Below, piece by piece: positions 10,463 to 19,349 of a stretch of DNA of 64,000 nucleotides. A program made the translations under genes and the position numbers. The DNA is from an uncultured Clostridia bacterium (lineage in GTDB: Bacteria; Bacillota; Clostridia; TANB77; CAG-508). The stretch spans positions 4,179 through 68,178 of the forward strand of contig CALXJY010000002.1 in NCBI GenBank assembly GCA_944388755.1, given 5' to 3'. The first letter of the stretch is position 1. The number at the start of each line of letters is the position of its first letter. The notes below the pieces were generated by a model that saw only the letters and a list, made by a program, of their open reading frames with translations, was not told the DNA's origin and did no database searches.

Positions 10463-10840
10463 ATGAAAAGAGTCAATAAATTTTTGATAATTTTTATGAT
10501 ACTGATTAGTATTATACTAAATTTCACATATGTATATGCTGATGATTTAGGTTTAGGAGACTTAGATGCATATAAAGGAATAGGATCTACTTCTGGAACA
10601 TTTTTAAATAAAACTTCTAACATTTTATATGTTGTACAAGTTGTTGGAACTATTGCAGCTGTTATAGTATTAATGGTAATAGGAATAAAATATTTAGCAG
10701 GAAGTGTAGAAGAAAGATCAGAATATAAGAAAAATATGTGGCCATATTTACTTGGAGCATTTATATTGTTTGCAGGAGTGCCATTAATTAGAATGATATA
10801 TACAGTTGCTAGGTCATTATTTGGAGTACCAGGGTTATAA
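10463..10840 (+). CDS. VirB2/TrbC-family pilin-like protein (paralog 1)
   Basis: 125 aa. Signal peptide (..FTYVYA), then two hydrophobic segments separated by GSVEERSEYKKNMWPY. Confidence 0.6.
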   Translation: MKRVNKFLIIFMILISIILNFTYVYADDLGLGDLDAYKGIGSTSGTFLNKTSNILYVVQVVGTIAAVIVLMVIGIKYLAGSVEERSEYKKNMWPYLLGAFILFAGVPLIRMIYTVARSLFGVPGL

Positions 10841-10922
10841 GATGACGATTTTTAAAAATAAAAACGATAATATAGAGAAATGTTAAATACATTTAAAAAA
10901 TGTGAAGGGAATGTGAATTTTT

Positions 10923-11297
10923 ATGAATAGCAAAAAAGTAAAAATACTGAAATTTATACTAGTAATATTTTTGGCAACTATTTTAGTATATGGATTTGTT
11001 ATAAATGTTAATGCATTATCACCTGGAGAATATGAAGATACTAAAACTACTGTAAATACAGGAGAAATAGAATCGATAGGACAAAGGATATTTAGATTAG
11101 TTATTGTTACAGGAATATTTGTCTCAGTTATAGCTTTAGCTATAATGGGGATAAAATATATGATAGGAAGTGCAGAAGAAAAGTCAGAGTATAAAAAGAC
11201 AATGTTGCCATATGTAATAGGTGCATTTTTCTTATTTGCTGCTTCAGCAATTGCACAGGTATTATATAATGTATTTTCAAGTTTTACAGGGGTATAG
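10923..11297 (+). CDS. VirB2/TrbC-family pilin-like protein (paralog 2)
   Basis: 124 aa. Same architecture, with loop GSAEEKSEYKKTMLPY. Confidence 0.6.
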   Translation: MNSKKVKILKFILVIFLATILVYGFVINVNALSPGEYEDTKTTVNTGEIESIGQRIFRLVIVTGIFVSVIALAIMGIKYMIGSAEEKSEYKKTMLPYVIGAFFLFAASAIAQVLYNVFSSFTGV

Positions 11298-11396
11298 TAA
11301 AAAAATGTTGCAAAATGTAAAAATATATGCTAAAATGTATTTATAAGAGTGTTTTTAATATTAAATTATATAAAAGATATAAAAGGAGGAGAAAAA

Positions 11397-11789
11397 ATGA
11401 ACAAGAAAAAAATGGAAAAAGTGCTTAGTATAATAATGATAGCAATAGTAATAATTTTTAATGTATTAACAATAGTAAATGCTGTTGATACAGGTAGTAA
11501 GTTTGAACCTAGTGGTGTGACTGGAGAAGGTTCTACAATGGATACAGGTTCAGTTCAAAATTTAGGTCAAAGTATATTTGCTGTAGTTAGAGTTGCTGGT
11601 ATATTAATATCTGTTATAATTTTAGTTGTACTAGGTATAAAGTATATGATGGGAAGTGCAGAAGAAAAATCAGAATACAAAAAGACTTTATTACCATATG
11701 CAATTGGTGCATTCTTAATATTTGCTGCTGCAAATATTTCACAAATTCTATACAATGCATTCGTGGACTTTTCAGCAACTGGAAGCTAG
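11397..11789 (+). CDS. VirB2/TrbC-family pilin-like protein (paralog 3)
   Basis: Start taken at MNKKKMEK with RBS AAAAGGAGG. Loop GSAEEKSEYKKTLLPY. Two TM segments. Confidence 0.6.
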   Translation: MNKKKMEKVLSIIMIAIVIIFNVLTIVNAVDTGSKFEPSGVTGEGSTMDTGSVQNLGQSIFAVVRVAGILISVIILVVLGIKYMMGSAEEKSEYKKTLLPYAIGAFLIFAAANISQILYNAFVDFSATGS

Positions 11790-11910
11790 AATATTACATA
11801 AATGTTACAATTATATTAAATTTAAAAAAATTACGCAAAAATGTTACAATTTTTGCGTTTTTTTGATATAATAAAAGAGGATACAAATGTAAAAAATAAG
11901 GAGGCAATTT

Positions 11911-12285
11911 ATGAATAGTTATAATATACCAAGAAATGTAAAAGGAGAAGGTAGAATATTATATATATTTTCTACAAAAGCACTTATATATACTTTTGTA
12001 GGAATACTAATAGGAAGTATATTTTACTTTATATTTAATTTAATGGGAATGAGTACACTAGGAGTAATATTTATTATTTTATTTGGTGCAATTGGGTTTG
12101 TTATAGCAACATTCAGAGTGCCTGATACATCAGCATTTAAAATAACTAGGAAAACAGGTGGAGAAAAGATAGATGATGTTATTATAAGATATGTAAAATT
12201 TAAATTACAAAAAGGCAAAATATATGTATATGATCAAGATAAAAAACAAGAAAAAATAGAAACAAAAGAAGAAGGAGGAAACTAA
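11911..12285 (+). CDS. small two-TM membrane protein, VirB3-like by position and topology
   Basis: 124 aa with two adjacent hydrophobic helices. It sits immediately upstream of the VirB4 region, in the usual B2-B3-B4 order. RBS AAGGAGG. Confidence 0.45.
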   Translation: MNSYNIPRNVKGEGRILYIFSTKALIYTFVGILIGSIFYFIFNLMGMSTLGVIFIILFGAIGFVIATFRVPDTSAFKITRKTGGEKIDDVIIRYVKFKLQKGKIYVYDQDKKQEKIETKEEGGN

Positions 12286-12286
12286 T

Positions 12287-13555
12287 ATGGGAACAGAAGG
12301 AATAAGCCAAATCTTAGTAATGGCATTAGCTATTATGTTACCAATACTTTTAATATTCGTAATTATATTAGTAACATTATGGTTAAAAAATAAAAAAGTG
12401 GAGACAAATATAGAAAAAGGAAAAGAAGTAATAGAAGATAAAAAAGAAGAAAAAAAGAAAACAAAAATAAAGGCAGAAACAAAATTGACACCAACATATA
12501 ATAAACAATCAATATTTGATTTTATGGAATTTGATGGTGTAGAAGACAATATGATAATACAAAAAAATGGAAGAAGATATGTTATGGCTATTGAATGTCA
12601 AGGTGTAAACTATGATTTGATGTCACAAGTAGAAAAGGTTGGTGTAGAAGAGGGATTTCAACAATTTCTAAATACATTAAGACATCCAATACAAATATAT
12701 ATACAAACAAGAACAATAAATTTAGAAAAAAGCATTTTACAGTATAGAAATAGGGTAAGAGATATAGAATCAGATTATAATAGAAAAGTATATGAATATA
12801 ACAGAATGATACAAAGTGGTACATATACAAGAGAACAACTTAATAAAGCATATTATGAGGTTACTAAAAGAAGAAATTTATATGAATATACAAAAGATAT
12901 TGTAGATAATACAGAAAAAATGAGCTTAAATAGAAATATTTTAAGTAAAAAGTATTATATAATTATATCATATATGCCTCAAGAAGGTTCAGTTGATACA
13001 TATAATAAAGATGAGTTAAGAAATATAGCATTTTCTGAGTTATATACAAAGGCACAAGCATTAATAAGAGCAATTGCAGCATGTTCAGTTTCAGGTAAAA
13101 TATTAAATTCGAGTGAATTAATTGAATTATTGTATGTTGCATATAATAGAGATGATTCAGAAGTATTTGGATTAGATAAGGCTGTACAGGCAGAATATTA
13201 TGATTTATATTCAACAGCACCTGATGTATTTGAAAAGAAAATAAAAATACTAGATGAAAAAATAAGAGAAGAAGCAGTAGATTTAGCAAATAAATCTATA
13301 GAAAAAGTAAAAAATAAATCTAGAATGCAAGAAATAGCTGATAAGAAACAAAAAGAAATGGACAACCTTATTAGTGAATTTGCAAAAATATTATTACAAG
13401 AAAATAAAGCAACTGTAGGAGTTGATGTAGCAAATAAGGCAATAGAAGAAATCAAAGAAGAAGATAAGAAAAGAAAAGAAAAAACAGAAGAAGGAGGAAT
13501 AGATAATGAGAAAGGCAAAAAAACAACAAGTAGAACTAGAAAAAAAGCAAACTAG
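12287..13555 (+). CDS. membrane-anchored T4SS-associated protein with K/E-rich coiled-coil C-terminus, function unknown
   Basis: 422 aa. N-terminal TM, then a globular segment (IFDFMEFDGVEDNMIIQKNGRRYVMAIECQGVNYDLMSQ..FQQFLNTLRHPIQIYIQ) reminiscent of VirB4 N-domain-type folds. It overlaps the VirB4 start by 50 nt in another frame. Confidence 0.45.
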   Translation: MGTEGISQILVMALAIMLPILLIFVIILVTLWLKNKKVETNIEKGKEVIEDKKEEKKKTKIKAETKLTPTYNKQSIFDFMEFDGVEDNMIIQKNGRRYVMAIECQGVNYDLMSQVEKVGVEEGFQQFLNTLRHPIQIYIQTRTINLEKSILQYRNRVRDIESDYNRKVYEYNRMIQSGTYTREQLNKAYYEVTKRRNLYEYTKDIVDNTEKMSLNRNILSKKYYIIISYMPQEGSVDTYNKDELRNIAFSELYTKAQALIRAIAACSVSGKILNSSELIELLYVAYNRDDSEVFGLDKAVQAEYYDLYSTAPDVFEKKIKILDEKIREEAVDLANKSIEKVKNKSRMQEIADKKQKEMDNLISEFAKILLQENKATVGVDVANKAIEEIKEEDKKRKEKTEEGGIDNEKGKKTTSRTRKKAN

Positions 13556-15464
13556 TCAAGAAAATGTTGAGATATTAAAAAGAAAAACAATAAAAGAGTT
13601 AATTGCACCAGCTGGAATTGATGCATCTCATATAGATCATTTAGAAATTGTATCTAATGTTACTAAATATGCAAGAAGTTTTTTCATATCTACGCTTCCA
13701 CGTATGTGTACATTTCCAGAATTATTTAGAGATTTATATTTTTTCGGAGATATAAATACATCTATATATATTACTCCTATAGCAGAATCAAGATCACAAA
13801 ATGAATTAAATAGAGTAATAAATGAATTAGAGACAGAAAGGTTAGTTGCAGCAGATAGAGGAAATATAAATAGGGAAAGTACATTAACACAAAAGAAATA
13901 TGAAGCAGAACAATTAAGAGATGAAATAGCAGCGGGTTTCAATAAAATGTATGAGGCTTCTGTTGTAGCAACACTATTTACATATAATTTAGATGATATA
14001 GAAAGACTTACAAAATTATTAGCTACAGAAATGTCAAAAACACTTGTATCTATAAAAAGTGCATGGGGATTACAAGAAGAAGCATTTAAATCAAATTTAC
14101 CATTAATGACAGACACCTTAAAAAAGACACACTCATTTGATAGTCGTTCAATGGGTACAGTATTCCCATTTACAACATCTGAGGTAGGACATCCAACAGG
14201 TATACCCCTAGGATTTAACAGACAAACAGGTACACCAATTTTATTTGACAATTTCTCTCCAACATTGTCAAATTACAATATGGTTATATTTGCAAAATCT
14301 GGTGCTGGTAAATCAGTTACTATGAAAACATTAATATCAAGATCATCAGCACTTATGGGGATAGAGAGTTTAGCACTAGATGCAGAAGGTGAGTATACAA
14401 TAGTTGCAGAGAGTTTGGGAGGAATTAATGTTGTAGTTAGTCCAAATTCAAATACAGTTATTAATTTATTTGATATAGAACCTGAAAGAGTAAAAGATGA
14501 AATAACAGGAAGAGAAAAAATAGTACTAAATGTTGAAAATAAAGTAGAAGATGTTACACAAGCATTACTTACAATGGCTAGGGGGAGCACAAGAAGCACA
14601 GAAGTAAATGAACTTACAAAACAGGTTATAGCAGAATCTGTAGCAGAAGAATATGAAATACTAGGAATTACAAGTGACCCTAATAGTTTATATAAAGAAG
14701 GATCTAAATTACAAAGAGGAGATAAATTATATAGTGACAAAAAAGATATGCCAACTATTGGTTCATGGTATAAAAGAATTCAAAGAAAAGCAGAAATGAA
14801 TGATAATGAAGATTACAGATTCCATTATAGTTATTTATTAAAAGTTATGAAACAATATATAAGAGAATATAATGGGCAAATGGCATATTTTGATGGACAA
14901 TCAACATTTGAGTTATTAGATGGAGCGCCATTTATAAATTTGGATATATCTCAACTAGAGGAAAGATTTGCAAGACCTTTGGCTCAACAAATATTACTTT
15001 CTTGGATATGGGAAAAATATGTTAAGAAAAATAGTGAAGATAGAACAAAAGCTAAACAAAAAAGAGTATTAGTTGATGAAGCATGGATGTTACTTCCATA
15101 TCCTGAAGCCGTAGACTTTTTAAATAAGATGGCTAGACGTGCAAGAAAAAGAAATGTATCTTTAGCAATTATATCACAAAGATTCCAAGACTTTTACGAA
15201 AAACCTGAAGCTCAAGCAGTACTTACTTCATCTGATACTAAATTATTTCTAGCACAAGATAAATCAGAAATACAATATGTAAAAGAAGTATTTAAACTAA
15301 GTGAAGGTGAGGCAGGATTTTTAGTAAATTGTTTAAGAGGAGAGGGATTATTAAAAGTTGGAGGAGATACAGCAATACTTCAAATAACCCCAACAGCTAA
15401 AGAATTTGAATTTATAGAAACAAACTTAAACAAAATGGTACAAATGAGAAAAATGAAAGCATAA
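13506..15464 (+). CDS. VirB4-family conjugal transfer ATPase (TrsE/PrgJ/TcpF/Orf16-like)
   Basis: 652 aa. Gram-positive VirB4 N-domain motifs ELIAPAGID and RSFFISTLPR. Walker A GAGKSVT. Walker B VLVDEAWMLL. C-terminal AIISQRFQDF. Confidence 0.85.
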   Translation: MRKAKKQQVELEKKQTSQENVEILKRKTIKELIAPAGIDASHIDHLEIVSNVTKYARSFFISTLPRMCTFPELFRDLYFFGDINTSIYITPIAESRSQNELNRVINELETERLVAADRGNINRESTLTQKKYEAEQLRDEIAAGFNKMYEASVVATLFTYNLDDIERLTKLLATEMSKTLVSIKSAWGLQEEAFKSNLPLMTDTLKKTHSFDSRSMGTVFPFTTSEVGHPTGIPLGFNRQTGTPILFDNFSPTLSNYNMVIFAKSGAGKSVTMKTLISRSSALMGIESLALDAEGEYTIVAESLGGINVVVSPNSNTVINLFDIEPERVKDEITGREKIVLNVENKVEDVTQALLTMARGSTRSTEVNELTKQVIAESVAEEYEILGITSDPNSLYKEGSKLQRGDKLYSDKKDMPTIGSWYKRIQRKAEMNDNEDYRFHYSYLLKVMKQYIREYNGQMAYFDGQSTFELLDGAPFINLDISQLEERFARPLAQQILLSWIWEKYVKKNSEDRTKAKQKRVLVDEAWMLLPYPEAVDFLNKMARRARKRNVSLAIISQRFQDFYEKPEAQAVLTSSDTKLFLAQDKSEIQYVKEVFKLSEGEAGFLVNCLRGEGLLKVGGDTAILQITPTAKEFEFIETNLNKMVQMRKMKA

Positions 15465-15487
15465 AGATAAGGGGAAGGAGAAAAATA

Positions 15488-18346
15488 ATGAGAATTTTTA
15501 CAAGTAAAAATGTAGTACAAAAGATTGTAATATTATTATTAGTAGTTCTACTCTTTAACTTCCTTGTGCCAGTTAAGGTATTTGCAGATGACGATGATGA
15601 TGTACCAGGAGGAAGTTTGTTAAGAACTTTAATGCATTTGTTTCAAGGACTGGGAGACATTATAAATGGAGCATTTAACCATTTTATGTTAGGTACTACG
15701 CAAATGTTAGGGTCAGCTATGTTGGATTATAATGATCCTGACTATAAGGTAAATATAGAAGAACCAGGTTCTGCACTTTATTGGGATGGAACAGCTCCAC
15801 AGGATGGGGGAGCGGTAAAAGAAATTGAAGAAGGATATTTGTTTGAAGGAAGTGGATGGCTATTTGGAGACACTGTTCAAGTTCCAAATATATTGTATTG
15901 TCCAGAAAATATATTTGCAAACAAAATTGCTGTTTTAGACATAAATTTTCTAAATCCAAACAAATATGAAGCTGTTGAATATGAAGAAGATGGAAAAACT
16001 GTAACACCTGATGCAGAGGATGCGGCACAATCACTTACAGTAAGGGGAGAAGATAAAGAGAATACATTAAGATACATAATTTCAAGTTGGTATAAAGCTT
16101 TTAGAAACATTGCTGTAGTTGGACTTTTAATAGTTTTAGTGTATATTGGTATTAGGACTTTAATAAGTTCAACATCATCTGATAAGGCAAAATATAAAGA
16201 AAGTCTACAAGATTGGTTAGTTGCATTATGTTTAATATTTTTTATTCATTATATTATGGCTGGAATTTTAATGATTACAGAAAAATTTACAGAACTTGTT
16301 GATAAATCAGTTGATACTAATGTATATGTAGATGCGAGTAAAGCAGAAGAAAATGATATGCTGATTAATGATGGATTAGATGAACTTAAGTTTAAAACAA
16401 CAATAACAGGTTATGTCAGATTTATGGCACAATCAAATGATGTAGGAGATTGTACAGCATTTACAATTATGTATGTTGCATTAGTAATATTTACAATAAT
16501 GTTTACAATTACATATATAAAAAGGTTTTTATATATAGCATTTTTTACGATGATTGCACCACTTGTAGCATTATCATATCCATTAGATAAACTTAGAGAT
16601 GGTAAGGCACAGGCATTTGATATTTGGTTTAAAGAATATACAATGAATGTTATAATACAACCAGTACATTTATTGTTGTTTTCAATCTTTATAGGTAGTG
16701 CTATGAATTTAGCAGTAAATAATCCAATGTATGCAATTGTTGCAATGGGATTTTTATTACCAGCGGAAAAATTTATAAAGAAGTTATTTGGATTAGACAG
16801 AGCAGAAACTGCAAAAGGATTAGGAGAGATTGCAGGTGGAGCTTTAGCTATGCAAGGATTTGGTAAATTAGTTGGACAGTTCACAGGTGGAAATAAAAGT
16901 AAAGGAAATACATCTAATAAGACAGCAGAAACAAATGCTTTAAATAAACCTAGGGGAGCTAATCCTGAATTTGAAAGTAGAACTTATGGTCAAGCATTTG
17001 GTACAAATCAAACAAGACAAGTAGGTGATGGCACAAACCAAAATGGTAATACAGAAAATGGTAATACTAGAAATAGTAATACTGGAAATGGTAATGGTAA
17101 TAATAATGAGTTGAGATATGGTCAGAGAATTGAAAGAAGTAGAAGAGAAGGACAAAGTGGAATTCAAGGAGAAATAATTACAAATAATTCACAAGAACCA
17201 CTTCAAAATAATAGTGGAGATATTCCTATACTAGATGCTGGATCATATCGAGGAGAATCAAATTATGAAACAGGACAGTATAGTATGGATTATACTAGAC
17301 TTGCTATGTCACCTGATGAAATACCTAATCCTAATGAATTAGGTAGTAGTCAATCATCATCTAGTAGAACAAATGTTACTGAAAATAGTGATAATAATGA
17401 TAATTATATTAATAACTCATCATTAGATACATCAGTTTTAGATGCTAATTTAAATACAGAAAGAAGTATAGACACAGAAGGAAATTCAGGTACAGAATCA
17501 GGCTCAGAAGGAAGTTTAACTGATACAGGAACATCTAGTGATTATAGAAATAGACATGCATTGAATCTTTCAGCAGGTAGAAATCTATCTAGAATGGATA
17601 GATTCAAAGCATGGGGAGCTCCTAGAGTAAGAGGAATACAAAGCGCTGCAAGTAATAGGGCAGCAAAAATAACAGGGGCAATGACAAAACCATTCACAAA
17701 AGAAAATAGAGGTAATACATTTAAAGCGGTTGCAAAAGGAGCAGGAAGACTAGCAGGAGCAGCAGTTGTAGGTACAGCAGCTTCTACAGTTGGAATTGCA
17801 GCAGGTGTAGCAAGTGGAGATGCAGGAAAAGCATTTTCATATGGGGCAGCAGCATTTGGACAAGGAGCACATTTAGGAGGAATGGTTGGAGCTAAGACAG
17901 GAGATGCTGTATCAAGCGCTATTGTAGAAGATAAAGGTGTATATGAAACTCAAGTAAAAGATAAAGACACAAGAAAAAGAGAAACACAAGAAAAATATGA
18001 TAATGCATGGAGAAAAAATGCTAGTAATATTCAATATTTAAGAGAACAAGGATATACAGATAAAGAAGCTAGAGAACGTTTAAATAGTGGTGTTTATGAT
18101 AAATTTTTAAATGCTGGTGTAACAGATATTAAGATAGCAGAAAGAGCAATGAAACGTGCCAATGCAAACAATTTAAGTGAAGAACATATGGTAAAAGTTG
18201 CACAAATGGCACAAAATTCAAAAGAAGATTTTGGAACTCAAAAGAGAAATGCTATTAGAGATGATATGGTAAAACAAGGAATTCAAGAGAATATGGCGAA
18301 TTCAGTTGTAAAAGACATGCAATATGTTTTAGATGTGGAAGACTAG
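15488..18346 (+). CDS. VirB6-like polytopic membrane protein (TcpH/PrgH/Tn916 Orf15-like) with long low-complexity N/G/S/T-rich C-terminal domain
   Basis: 952 aa. Signal peptide, an Asp5 run, about 6-8 hydrophobic helices in the N-terminal 450 aa, then a hydrophilic low-complexity tail. Confidence 0.6.
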   Translation: MRIFTSKNVVQKIVILLLVVLLFNFLVPVKVFADDDDDVPGGSLLRTLMHLFQGLGDIINGAFNHFMLGTTQMLGSAMLDYNDPDYKVNIEEPGSALYWDGTAPQDGGAVKEIEEGYLFEGSGWLFGDTVQVPNILYCPENIFANKIAVLDINFLNPNKYEAVEYEEDGKTVTPDAEDAAQSLTVRGEDKENTLRYIISSWYKAFRNIAVVGLLIVLVYIGIRTLISSTSSDKAKYKESLQDWLVALCLIFFIHYIMAGILMITEKFTELVDKSVDTNVYVDASKAEENDMLINDGLDELKFKTTITGYVRFMAQSNDVGDCTAFTIMYVALVIFTIMFTITYIKRFLYIAFFTMIAPLVALSYPLDKLRDGKAQAFDIWFKEYTMNVIIQPVHLLLFSIFIGSAMNLAVNNPMYAIVAMGFLLPAEKFIKKLFGLDRAETAKGLGEIAGGALAMQGFGKLVGQFTGGNKSKGNTSNKTAETNALNKPRGANPEFESRTYGQAFGTNQTRQVGDGTNQNGNTENGNTRNSNTGNGNGNNNELRYGQRIERSRREGQSGIQGEIITNNSQEPLQNNSGDIPILDAGSYRGESNYETGQYSMDYTRLAMSPDEIPNPNELGSSQSSSSRTNVTENSDNNDNYINNSSLDTSVLDANLNTERSIDTEGNSGTESGSEGSLTDTGTSSDYRNRHALNLSAGRNLSRMDRFKAWGAPRVRGIQSAASNRAAKITGAMTKPFTKENRGNTFKAVAKGAGRLAGAAVVGTAASTVGIAAGVASGDAGKAFSYGAAAFGQGAHLGGMVGAKTGDAVSSAIVEDKGVYETQVKDKDTRKRETQEKYDNAWRKNASNIQYLREQGYTDKEARERLNSGVYDKFLNAGVTDIKIAERAMKRANANNLSEEHMVKVAQMAQNSKEDFGTQKRNAIRDDMVKQGIQENMANSVVKDMQYVLDVED

Positions 18347-18358
18347 GAGGAATAGTTT

Positions 18359-19324
18359 ATGAATATATTTAGATGGTATAATCAAAATAGAGGAAAATTT
18401 TGGGCTACAATTCTTGTAATAGCATTTTTGTTACTTATTGTTTATACACTAAATTATTTGTATAAAGAGCAAGATCAAGAAAAAAATAATAATAGTGCTA
18501 AAAATACTTCAAATACTGTTAATAATACTCGAGAAAATGTATATAAAAATCCTAATCACAAACAAAATCAATCTATGGTATCAGGGGGAACCGTGCCAGA
18601 AAGATATGAAGATATATTTTCTGATTTATTAAATAATTTCTTCACATATTGCAAAAATCATGAGCCTGAAAAGGCTTATGATTTGCTGTCTACGGATTGC
18701 AAAGAGATATTATATCCTAATGTACAGATATTTATAGACCAATATTATAAAAATAAATTTTCTAATGATAAATTATATTCATTTCAATCATGGACATCTA
18801 AAGAAATGTTTATATATCAGGTAAGGATATATAATAATATGCTAGCAACAGGCCAGGGAAGTGATCAGCAGTATATACAAGATTATGTGAGTATAGTAAA
18901 TGATAATGGAGAGTATAAATTAAATGTAGATGGATTTCTTAGAACTTTTGCAAGAGGTAAAGAACAGACCAAAAATGGAATTACTATAAAAATAGATTCT
19001 TCAGAAATATATATGGATTACGAAATTTTAAATATATTTGTAACAAATAATACTAAAGATACGATATTATTAGATAGTAAAACAGAGACAGATTCTGTTT
19101 ATGCACAAGATAAAAAAGATATTAAATTTGAAGCAATGTTATATGAGAACAAAGATGAGGATTTAGAAATAGAACCATGGAGTGAAAAACAATTAAAGAT
19201 AAAATTTAGTAATTCGTATAGAGAAGGAAATAATATGAAATCAATAACTTTTTCAGATGTTTATGCAAATTCAGAAAATGTAGAATATAGAGAAAATAAT
19301 ATAGAATTTACAATTGTGCTATAA
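18359..19324 (+). CDS. bitopic membrane protein, VirB8-like/TcpC-like candidate
   Basis: 321 aa. Short cytoplasmic N-terminus, a single TM, then a roughly 270-aa extracytoplasmic domain. Assigned on topology and position only. Confidence 0.4.
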   Translation: MNIFRWYNQNRGKFWATILVIAFLLLIVYTLNYLYKEQDQEKNNNSAKNTSNTVNNTRENVYKNPNHKQNQSMVSGGTVPERYEDIFSDLLNNFFTYCKNHEPEKAYDLLSTDCKEILYPNVQIFIDQYYKNKFSNDKLYSFQSWTSKEMFIYQVRIYNNMLATGQGSDQQYIQDYVSIVNDNGEYKLNVDGFLRTFARGKEQTKNGITIKIDSSEIYMDYEILNIFVTNNTKDTILLDSKTETDSVYAQDKKDIKFEAMLYENKDEDLEIEPWSEKQLKIKFSNSYREGNNMKSITFSDVYANSENVEYRENNIEFTIVL

Positions 19325-19349
19325 TAGTTGCAGTAAAAGAGGTGATAAA

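Noticed and set aside
12024-13518. Minus-strand ORFs overlapping the T4SS genes (12024-12218, 12205-12549, 12588-12830, 12963-13289, 13198-13518, 13637-14251, 14273-14740)
   Set aside because: All lie antisense to strongly supported coding sequence and have low-complexity composition.
12287-15464. A single VirB4 gene split by frameshift into 12287-13555 and 13506-15464
   Set aside because: The downstream ORF already begins with a complete Gram-positive VirB4 N-domain (ELIAPAGID...RSFFISTLPR). The upstream ORF is therefore a distinct protein, not the lost N-terminus.
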